DNA from: Octopus sinensis
Lineage: Eukaryota
Reading direction: 5' to 3'
DNA length: 64,000 bases
NCBI RefSeq assembly: GCF_006345805.1
Contig: NC_043018.1
Coordinates: forward strand, 28,520,001 to 28,584,000
The translations under genes were made by a program, and so were the position numbers. Below are positions 53,581-64,000 of this stretch, in pieces; the stretch's first letter is position 1; each line of letters starts with the position of its first letter. The notes below the pieces were generated by a model. That model saw only the letters and a list, made by a program, of their open reading frames with translations, had not been told where the DNA came from and searched no databases.

Positions 53581-54791
53581 ATTTCGTTTTTTGACGTCTA
53601 TTTTTAGCATAAAAGGGATCCATATAGTGATCTCTCATATTGTTTATGTTTAATATAATTCTTGGTCCTCTATACACATGACTGTAAAAGAACATTTTAA
53701 ATATTTTTAACGTTCAGTAACAAAAAATATCCGTTAGTAAAGAGCTACCAGTACAACTTGAATATCTCGTCTACCAGCAATTTCCGTGAAGGCGCAGGGA
53801 CCTAGTGGTTTGGGCATTTTATCCACAATCATAAGATCGTACTTTCTATTACGTACCGGATCATTCATTGCGTTCTCGGGCAAAACTCTTCTTTCCATGT
53901 TGCTCTAGTCCAGTCCACTCAGCGACTGGCCGGCATCCTGTTCAATGGGGAATTTTGTGATCTCAACATGGAAAACCGTGAAACAAGCTCTGTCGGTTTT
54001 AGGGCCCGAGAGAGCAATGTCAAGAAGATTATAAACATATTCGTAATTTACCGATTTCAAAGTCAGTATCTGCTTGATTTGAACACAGAACCTAGAAATT
54101 CCGGGCTCTAAAACGTTCTAAAATATAAAATTTATCACAGAGATTTCTTAAAGAATGAAAAACAGAATCCAACCCTATTAGATCCCCCAAACATCTCTCG
54201 GAGTTTATGCCAATTTAAAATCTTCACTTTTCTTAATAATACAGAAAAAAAATATTACGTCCTGCAATATTTCACTTCATTGCAAGAGAATTCAACAATT
54301 TAAACAGAGATACTTGAAGAAATGTTATGATCGGTGCCAATCACTTTAATTGTTGTCACTCGTTTTACGTTTAAACTTCTATAAATCTATTTTTTTAATA
54401 CCATTTCGAAATCCACTTTTCTATATCTCCTCCTGTTTATTTCTTTCTAGAATATTCTCAATATACTTGTTTCATAAGTGCGTATTTCATGACTGAAGTT
54501 ATCAAATCGATTTTAAAACTATTCTTTCTTCTTCTATATATATAGTTTTTTCTTTTCCAAAATATGATGCAAAGCAAAATATCGTGTTTAATACAGTTGA
54601 TTTTTCTTCAATGATCAACTATCGAAATCACCATATCAAGATAATTCTGTTTCGTTTTGTTTTGCTTTCTCTTTTTTTAACGTATTATATCAAAATAATT
54701 ATTCAGCAACATTCCAATATTTTTATCATCCAAATATATATATATATATATAATATAATGTGTGTGTGTGTGTGTGCGTGCGTGCGTGTGC

Positions 54792-54836
<45 letters not shown>

Positions 54837-55267
54837 TATATATGTATATATTTATGAACATATATATATATGTATGTATTATATAATATGTATATATATG
54901 AATATATATATGTGTACATATATATATATATGTATATATAATGTATATATACGATTATATATCATATGTATATGTATATATGCATATATATATATGCGTG
55001 TATATATATATATATGTATATATACGTAATATATATATATGTGTATATAATATAATATATACGTATATATATATGTATATATTACATATATATATCTACA
55101 TATATATACATACATATATATATACAAATATATATATAGACCTATATATATACATATATACAGTATATTACATAAATACATATATATACATATATTCATA
55201 CACACACACATGTATTTAGGCATATATATATACGCATTTAGGTATATATATGTATATATATTATTAT

Positions 55268-55317
<50 letters not shown>

Positions 55318-56049
55318 TATATAAGGTATATGCATATATAGTCTTTTGTGCATGTGTACCTGCGCTTAGTTAGTGTGTGTGTGTGTGTGTGTGGTGTGTG
55401 TGTGTGTGTGTGATATTTCTACAAGAACTGCAGCTGCGCTTTTACATTATCATTCTTGTGTAAACCCAAAAGGATTCATTACGAACAAAGTATGGTGTTC
55501 AAACTTCTACTGAAAAAAAAAAGTTTAAAATTAAAAACATGCAATCTGCAGTTCTATGTCGTGTATTTTTGCAGTGTGCAACTAACATAGGATGCAGTCA
55601 GTGAGTATTATTAGAAAAGGAGGTATATTTCCCAGAATGTTAAATTTGCATGCCGGTTTCCATCCCACTATGGAACGCTTACATTTCACTTTACTCTGTC
55701 AGGTACCACTATTATTTTTTTAGATAAAGATTATCGTCTGAGTTTGTCCGGCACCACAACTTGACAACCGGTGATGGTTTATTTACGTCTCCCATAACTT
55801 AACGGTTCGGCAAATGGTAACAGATCGTATAAATACAAGGTTTCAAAAACAAGTATTGCGGTCGTTTCATTCGAGTAAAATCCTTCAAGGCTGTGCACCA
55901 GCATGGTCGCATTCTAATGAATGAAGCAGATAAAAGATTATTATTTAGATAAATTCATGATGTATTTATTTTGTCTCAATTTATAGATAATAGCGTCGGT
56001 GATTATCTTTCGAGTAGAGAAATGTTGTGCCTCGATATGAAACAATTGT

Positions 56050-56370
56050 TCCCTTCTTTGATATTTTATTTGTTCCTTCTCGAGCCATGCCTAGCTCATA
56101 AGGGCCAGTTTCCCGGTTTCCTTGGCGTATAGGTTCCCCACCTGGACAGGACGCCGGTCCGTCGCAGGTGAGCTGCAAGATGCAGGAGGAAAGAGTGAGA
56201 GAATGTTGTGGCGAAAGAATAAGCAGAAGTTCGCCATTACCTTCTGCCGGAGCCGCGTGGAGCTTAGGTGTTTCGCTCATAAACACACATATCGCCCAGT
56301 CTGAGATTCGAACCAGCGATCCCTCGACCGCGTGTCCGCCACTCTAAACACTAGGCCATGTGCCTCCACT
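56050..56370 (-). mobile_element. tRNA-derived SINE family D
   Basis: Minus-strand head tggcctagtgtttagag ... ggttcgaatctc; cctgcgacggaccggcgtcctgtccagg; tail ggctcgagaaggaac. Confidence 0.75.
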
Positions 56371-57016
56371 CCTTAACGTTATTATTACTATTAAGAATGC
56401 GAACAGGCAGAATAGTTAGCACGCCGGACAAAATGCTTAGCGTCATTTTTCAGGCTTTACATTCTGACGCTAAATTCCGCTGGCATATATTTGGCCTTTC
56501 ATCCTTACAGAGAAGATAAAATACGAACCAGTTGAGCCCCGGAGTGAATGTAATCGCTTAACCTCTTCTCCCTAATTTTTGTGCTCGAACCAACAGCAGA
56601 AAGGATTTTTATTTTGGCGGCAAACTAGGAGGACCATTAGTACGATGAATAAAATGTTCAGTGGTATTACTTCTTGCTTCATGCTATAAGTTTAAATGCC
56701 GTTGAGATAAATAAGTACTAACTAGTTAAGCAATGGAATTTACGTAATCTCTCATCGAAATTTCAGGCCTTGTGCCTAAAGAAGAAAAGATTATTGAAAG
56801 GGTTACGATGTGACGAAATCGGTAGCACATCGAACACAATGCTTAGCGGCATGTCTTCTAGTTCTTTACGATCTAAGAGCAGATTCCGCCGAGATTGATT
56901 TGCCTTCCATCAATATGCGGACAACAAAATAAATTATCGGTCTGGTACTGGAGTTAATATAATCGACTTAATCCTAACCCTCAAAACTGTTGCTCTTGTG
57001 TCAAAATATGCAACCA

Positions 57017-57398
57017 TTATTACCGCCGCCTTATCGAAGGCGGAGGTATTGTTTTCAGACATGTTTGTTTCTTTGTTTGTTGGTTAGTTTGTCCGTGGAC
57101 AAGATATCTCAAGAACCGCTGGATGAATTCGGATGAAACCTTTGTTTGACCTTGTGACTGGCACGAACTGATTAGGTTTGGGGATCGATCCGGTACCGTA
57201 CAAGGATTCTGGCTAATTTTTCTTGTTTTATTTAAATTAATTTTTGAGAGTAGTCGGTTCATTATTAGTATTCTCGTTTGTAAGAGCAGTCGAGTTTATT
57301 TCAGATATTCTAATTTTAAAAATGATCTCCAGTTAGTCGTTGAGAGACGTTAGTGTTGCCCTGGTGGTGGTTTGCGCTCTCTGAGTCCTTTCGCTATT
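57017..57398 (+). mobile_element. HINE/DINE-1-like (Helentron-associated) non-autonomous element
   Basis: Starts ttattaccgccgcc..ggcggaggt, contains a (GTTT)n tract, and ends ggtggtggtttgcgctctctgagtcctttcgctatt. Confidence 0.55.
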
Positions 57399-58134
57399 AA
57401 TAAATTGGCAGAATCGTTAAAGTGGCGAACAAAATGGCTGGCCATATTTGTTCTGAGAGTAATTATTACCATCTCCGTTACCAGCATTACCATCATACCG
57501 AATCCTTTAGCACTTTATCACGATGAACATTGGATATAGTGTTGTGAGCATTGGACAGAAGGCTTTATACAATTGCATCTGAACTCTGTCCTGATTTAAA
57601 ATTCAATCAAGGTCAACTTTGCCTTTTATCTCTTCGTATCCGATATATATATTACCAGTCAAGTCTTAATGATTGATCTTTCTTTTCTTTATTCTCTGTA
57701 TCCTCCCGCAAGATACTGTATCTCATTCCGCAATGAGAAAGGTCGTGGGAGAACGCTCACATCGATAAACATGTATGAATGATAATGGCAGCTAAGTAAC
57801 GAAGCTTAAGAGCAGGCAGACGATAAATGATGGAGTAAATTGAAGACAAAAAATAGTGATAAACAGCTACATGAGGTGTTTTTTTAAGGAGAATTCTTTG
57901 AAGCAAAACTGACTGAATATGTGATAGAAGAGAGAAAAGTTAGAAAGAGACGGAGACAGACAGACAGGGAGAAAGGAGAGAGAGATGGGGAAGAGAAAGG
58001 GAGAGACAGACAGACAGAGACAGACAGAGAAGCATCACTCTTTACAGTAATGAAGAATGGTTGGATGAAAGCCTAACAACTTCTCATAGAAAAACTGGAA
58101 TGCGACTGGAACTTTGGTGATCAATTGGTAATGT

Positions 58135-58560
58135 TAGTAAGGTCGATTAAATAAGTACCAGTTACGCACTGGGGTCGATATAATCGGCTTAATCCGTTTG
58201 ACCTCTCTCTGTTTAGCCCCTTGTTGGTAGTAAAGAAATAGGTATTTTGTCTGCCGCTACATTCTGAGTTCAAATTCCGCCGAGGTCGACTTGGCCTTTC
58301 ATCCTTTCGGGGTCGATTAGATAAGTACCAGTTACGCACTGGGTGGATATAATCGACTTAATCCAGTTGTTTGTCCCTTCTGTATTTAGCCCCTTGTGGG
58401 TAGTAAAGAAATAGGTATTTCGTCTGCCGCTACGTTCTGAGTTCAAATTTCGCCGAAGTCGACTCAGCCTTTCGTCTTTTCGTCAAACACTGGGATTGAT
58501 GTAATCGACTAGTCCCCTCCTCCAAAAGGTCAAACCTTGTGCCTTTAGTAGAAAGGAGTA
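58135..58560 (+). mobile_element. SINE family B multimer
   Basis: Two aaagaaataggtattt junctions (~58240 and ~58415). Confidence 0.8.
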
Positions 58561-59099
58561 TTATTGTTGTTAAACTGGATCTATCTTGTTCTTGTTGTTA
58601 CAGATGTTAAAGAAATTGTTCTTGTTATTTTTATTGATGTCTAATTTCCATATTCGCTGACCATTTTCCACTCACATCTTTCTTACTCTTCTTCCTGCGT
58701 TATTGTATCCGTTTAATAAGATATATTTAATTTTATAGCAATCCGGAAGGTTACTACGTCAACGTATTTTGAAAGAAATATCGCTGAAGTTTCAGGGACG
58801 GAAGTCAGCGAAAGAAATAACAAAACAGCATCTGAGGATACATGACAATCGAATTTACAATGTAAAGAAACATTAAAGGAAAATCTAGTCAGGGAAAAAA
58901 AAAAGCACAAAAAGAAAAGAACAATGCGAGAGAGGAAGGTTCTGTGATTGTAATGTTTACAATAGAATGTGAAATGAATAATGAATGCCATTGTAATGGC
59001 AGAGTGTGTTGACAGAAGGTGATGTTTAGCCAAGGGATACAATGTCCGAGAGCTTCTGGCCAAAGGAGATCAGGTCTGATAGGATGTTCTTTAGGTGTT

Positions 59100-59144
<45 letters not shown>

Positions 59145-60954
59145 ATTTGTGTGTGAAGTACGTGGCTTAGTGGTTAGCGTATTCGACTTACGATCGTAAA
59201 GTCGTGAGTTCAATTCCAGGCGGCGCGGTGTGTCCTTGAGTAAGACATTTTATTTCACGTTGCTCCAGTCCACCCTGTCCTTGTTTGTCTCTCTGTGTTT
59301 AGCCCTTGTGGGTAGTAAAGAAATAGGTTTTCCGTCTGCCGCTTTGTTCTGAGTTCAAATTCCGCCGAGGTCGACTTTGCCTTTAATCCTTTCGGAGTCG
59401 ATTAAATACGTACCAGTTACGCACTGGGGTCGATGTAATCGACTTAATCTATTTGTCTCTCCTTGTTTGTCCTCTTTGTATTTCAAAGGAGCAGCTCTTT
59501 CATATGCTGTGCGACGTTTAATCGTCCTGAGATTCACATTTCCGTGGAGTACTCAACCACTTGCACGTTAATCTCACGAGCAGTTTGTTCCGTTGATCAC
59601 AAGTAGAACCCTGATCATGGTTGTGTGTGTTTTGAAGTTTGTTCGTGTAAAACAGAATGCATGTGAGCATACTATGTTTAGGTGTGTTGCCGTTTTAGCG
59701 GACGGTGTGAATAAGATCTACTATCGAGTTTTGTGTGATATATAGCTAATATGTGTATTATGTACGTGAGGGTGGAGACGGTGCGGGTTTGAGATGCGCA
59801 AGTGTCATCGTTGTGTGGATCCTAAGGCGGACAGTATTATTAAACAAAAAGATGATGATTAACCCTTAACTTATCCAAAGCATTTTCGTAAGTTTGTCCT
59901 AAACTTCCATCCTTATTTCCAGTCTTTTAGTCTGCCCTTTTTTCTACATTTTGAGTAGCATAAAACCTACCTTTTGTTAGTTACAAATATCTTTGACGGT
60001 AGAAAAAATTTGAGAATGTGTCTCGTATATGATACAAGGACGTCAAGAAAATGTCCTGTTTATCAGATGTGATACACAGAACTGGCAAATGATGATTGTA
60101 ATGGGACAAGTTGTTTTTAGACACAATCTTAGCAGGAAATTTGGCCAGAAAAGTTAAAGTGACGGCCTGCAAGGTTGTAATGATCCGGTGTTTTTATGTC
60201 CAAAGTCTTACAGATGCTACAAAAGGTTTGCGAATCAACGACAGGTCTTCCCATTATAAAACCAACAACAAACCGGACTTCGTTGCAGTAAATAATTCGC
60301 TCAAAATAATTCGTTCAACGCCAGCAATGTTAATGGGAGAGAAATACTCGATTTTATTGATCCCGGTACTTGATTGATACTTATTTCATCAACTCTGATA
60401 GGATGAAAGTAATTTGAACAGAGAATGTATAATATATATTTCTTTACTATCCAGAAGGGACTAAACATAGAGGGGACAAACAAGGACAGACAAACGGATT
60501 AAGTCGATTACATGGACCCCAGTGCGTAACTGGTACTTAATTTATCGACCCCGAAAGGATGAAAGGCAAAGTCGACCTGGGCGCAATTTGGTGGTGGTGC
60601 TGCTGCTGCTTCAGCTGCTGCTCATGATGATGATGATTTCTACATTTTTATACATCTGATAACACATTATCTATACGGAAGGTACTGGGATCATTTCTAG
60701 CAGATTTATTTTTCCTCTCCTCCTCCTCCACCATCATCTTTTCTTTTACTTCTTCTCCTCTTCCCCTTCCCCCTCTTCTGACTACTACTACTTGTTCCAA
60801 TTCCATCAAGGTCAATTTCACTTTTCATCCTGTTCAGGGTTGATAAAATAAGTACCAGTAGAAAACTGGTGTCGATATAATCAACACACCACCCTCCTCT
60901 AAAAACTGCTGGCCTTGTGCCAAAATTTGAAACTATTATTATTATTATTGGTTA

Positions 60955-61715
60955 AAGCAGTGAGCTGGCAGAATCGTTAGCACGCCGGGTGAAATGCGTA
61001 GCCGTATTTCGTCTGGCGTTACGTTCTGAGTTCAAATTCCGCCGTGGTCGACTTTGCCTTTCATCCTTTCGGAGTCGATAAATTAAGTACCAGTCACGCA
61101 CTGAGGTCGATGTAATCGACTCAAATCGTTTGCTTGTCCTTGTTTGTCCTCTCTGTGTTTAGCCCCTTGTGGGTAGTAAAGAAATAGGTATTTCGTCTGC
61201 GATTACGTTCTGATTTAAAATTTCGCCGAGGTCGACTTTGCCTTTCATCCTTTTGTGGTCGATAAATTATGTACCAGTTACGCGCTGGGATGGATGTAAT
61301 CGAATTAATCCGTTTGTCTGTCCTTGTTTGTTCCCTCTGTGTTTAGCCCCTTGTGGGTAGTAAAGAAATTGGTATTTCGTCTGGCGCTACGTTCTGAGTT
61401 CAAATTCCTCCGAGGTTGACTTTGCTTTTCATCCTTTCGTGGTCGATTAAATAAGTACCAGCTACGCACTGGGGTCGATGTCATCGACTTAATACGTTTG
61501 TCTGTCCTTGTTTGTCCTCTCTGTGTTCAGCCCCTTGTGGGTAGTAAAGAAATAGGTATTTCGTCCGTCTGACGTTACATTCTGAGTTCAAATTCCACCA
61601 AGTTGACTTTGCTTTCCATCCTTTCGGGGTCGATTAAATAAGTACCAGTTACCCACTGGAGTTGATCTAATCGCCTCCCCACCACACAATTTCAGACTTT
61701 GTGCCTATAGTAATT
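60955..61715 (+). mobile_element. SINE family B with ~3.6 internal tandem 184-bp units
   Basis: gtatttcgtc at 61004, 61188, 61372 and 61556; one head and one terminal tail. Confidence 0.88.
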
Positions 61716-62504
61716 ATTGTTGTAGTTGTTGTTGCTGTTGACATTGTTATTCTACTTTGCGTTCACTCTTCTGTGGTTTAAGATTACAACTTTTGATCTT
61801 GTATTTGCATAAATGTATTGTTTCTAAATTAGTTATTATTCTTTTAATATAAATAGTCTCGAATCATTAAGGAATTTACTGCCCTTACTGTACATCAAGA
61901 TCTAATCCACTTTGACCTTGGTCTATTTGGGCAAAAACAAACTGCAAACTTAAATGAATAAACAACATTCTCAACAATCGAATGTAATTTAACTGTAGTT
62001 AGGTAGGAACTTGGAGGGTAAAAGTCACCGCTGTGTTCCCCGCTGAGAGATCGCTGTTATTAACTAAAGTGTTACATTAATAAAGGCCACGACTAATGGT
62101 ATGCAAGCTCTGTTCTCTGAGGTCACTAGATGTAATGTGCATATAAACGGATTCGTTACTCGTTCCTCAGGGCTTAAACACTTCTGATGAGATCTAAAAC
62201 AAGTCGCAAATCAATTAACACCGTTCAACTTTGTTTAATCTTCACACAAGTGGCTAAATTTGATATGTTTGTATGTCTACTACGTGGGTGTATTTACAGC
62301 ATATATATATAAGGTTAAACTTTCTTATAAAGTATATTTTGAAGTATATTTCACAATATATGGACTGTATTAAGACATGGTCATTGAGAGCTAAATCGAA
62401 GGATAAGAGTAATTATAGGACCAACACATCTAGGCAATCAATAAAAATTCCAAAGTATAATATATATATGAAGAAAAGAGATGACAAAGGAATAAATGGT
62501 TCTC

Positions 62505-62703
62505 TTATGAACTCCATTAGCTTACAGATGTTTCTGCTATCAAAAGCAGTGGACTCAGCTGAGTTCGTGAACAGCACCTTATTACTTCTGCACTTAATAT
62601 TCGAAGTTCCGATGAAGCTATAAAGTGTTATTCAGGCACTGAACAATAAGCCCACTGCGCCTTATAGCAGAAACAGCTGTAAGCTATTAAAGTTCACAAG
62701 CTA
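62505..62703. mobile_element. Head-to-head pair of hammerhead-bearing arms
   Basis: 62505-62595 is a diverged reverse complement of 62600-62700. Confidence 0.7.
62605..62686 (+). ncRNA. Type I hammerhead-like ribozyme with extended stem II
   Basis: agtt-CCGATGA-a-gctataa...ttatagc-a-GAAA(62670-73)-cagctg (palindrome)-TA/agct; stem II is extended by agtg/cact, tta/taa and ttcag/ctgaa. Confidence 0.65.
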
Positions 62704-63334
62704 ATCACGATGATCATTTATTATTTTGTCCTTGCTCTTTCTTATACCCATATACTCAGCTAACACTTCATTCTCAAATATACGCATATTGAGTTCTACA
62801 CCGGTTTGTTAGTCTCGTAATGCCTAAGCGATATATATATCTGTGTGTGTGTGTCCCATTAATGTATATGCTCTGTGTGTGATTGTCAAATGCTTCCGGT
62901 TGTAGAGATTTGGTTCAGAAGTTCCATTGTTTTGAAGCGTATGGAACCACCTATTAATTACACCTGTTGATAGGTCTACTCTACCCAGGTGTAATAGCTC
63001 CTCTCAGGGTCCAAGCAATGGTTTAACTGTTATATGTACGAAGGGACTTAGAAATACTCAATGGACTTGGAAATACTCAGTAGCCCTACTGGAAGTGAGA
63101 GATCCTTTGGTTTTTGTTAAGGCATCCCTCTAGGAAAAGGCTAACACGTATATAAAACTCGTTGCTCTATTGAGCCGGATAATTTGCAAATGGCTTGACT
63201 CTGGTTTTCTTGGTATTGCTAGTGAGACTCATCGTGTTGTCGTGCAATTTACTCTAGACTGAAAGCCCTTGCACGACGATAGCTGACACTTAGCTGTCAG
63301 CAATGGCCACACTGGTATAACGAGTATATTTCCA

Positions 63335-63371
<37 letters not shown>

Positions 63372-63372
<1 letters not shown>

Positions 63373-63585
63373 TCAAAATTTGACCGCGTGTGTACCGTTG
63401 GCGATTTCTTTCCTTCGTCTTTCCTTCCTTGGATCTTTCCTTTTCCTATGTTTCTGACGAAGAGCTCCGCTCGAAACATTAAACCCTCCTTCTTTCCTTA
63501 TTTCCTGAGCGTCCAATAATACTATACTCGTTCCACGTCCTCGCGTTGTTGTGTTTTCTCTTTGTATTTTCATGTTTGGATTAAC
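63372..63585 (+). mobile_element. Solo pLTR-like element in (TA)n carrying a minimal hammerhead
   Basis: A ~210-bp pyrimidine-rich block between TA tracts with an HHR motif inside. Confidence 0.6.
63450..63484 (+). ncRNA. Minimal type I hammerhead (extra-A core variant)
   Basis: gttt-CTGACGA-a-gagc tcc gctc-GAAA-ca-tt/aaac. Stem III would be the palindrome aacgtt if the A at 63478 is a CpG-decayed G. Confidence 0.65.
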
Positions 63586-64000
63586 TATATATATAACATA
63601 TACATATATATATTGCTATTTCTACTAAGTTCAGTATGTGGCAAAGTAATTTATTTTACTAAGCCCTAATTATATAATGTAATATTTTGAATTCGCCTTA
63701 AATGGTCCTTTTACATACTGAACACTTGGTGAAATTGATTAATTAATTTTACCCTCAATTGTTGATATTATAATTCATTTCTCTCTGTCATACTGCCTCG
63801 GTTCTCGCGGTTAAAATATAATGTTTGCTAGATAGACCACGTGGGTGGAAAAGGAGTGCAGAAATTTACGCCTGCGCATTTTGAATTTGTTGGCACTGTC
63901 AGTTGGAGCTGGTTCATTTGAAGCGACAAGTTCGCAGATAGGTAAGGTTCCTTCTTTTTAGTGTTTCCAAATCCAAATTAAGAAATTTTGAGCTGACCAA

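Noticed and set aside
59981-60377. Non-repetitive stretch with short ORFs, a possible host exon
   Set aside because: No frame stays open between plausible splice sites and there is no recognisable motif.
62178-62215. CTGATGA-gat...gtc-GCAAA hammerhead-like text
   Set aside because: No GAAA and no nearby stem I partner.

Overview
Animal genomic DNA that is very rich in microsatellites and repeats, with a 100-N assembly gap at 49461-49560. The SINE families and repeat landscape suggest an octopus-like cephalopod (inference). I found no supportable host gene; almost all ORFs in the supplied track are microsatellite artefacts. Recognisable elements: a near full-length but disrupted Penelope-like element (PLE; RT + GIY-YIG, 2737-6160, minus), a 5'-truncated PLE with an open GIY-YIG frame and inverted pseudo-LTR (33994-35595), a mariner, a MULE, a mini-Helitron, RTE/Tx1/CR1/RLE-type LINE fragments, and many tRNA-derived SINEs. 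Main finding: a ~485-bp tandem repeat family inserted in (TA)n tracts at 1011-2719 and 16041-17556. Every complete monomer carries a type I hammerhead ribozyme (HHR) with a long stem II and a palindromic stem III, and three diverged subfamilies show compensatory base changes. The arrays have PLE-style 5' inversions and one abuts the PLE, so they look like a retrozyme-like non-autonomous element mobilised by PLE machinery. Several unrelated canonical, variant or decayed HHR motifs also occur (2.9, 10.9, 34.2/35.4, 42.3, 44.3, 62.6 and 63.5 kb). All folds were paired by eye, not computed.
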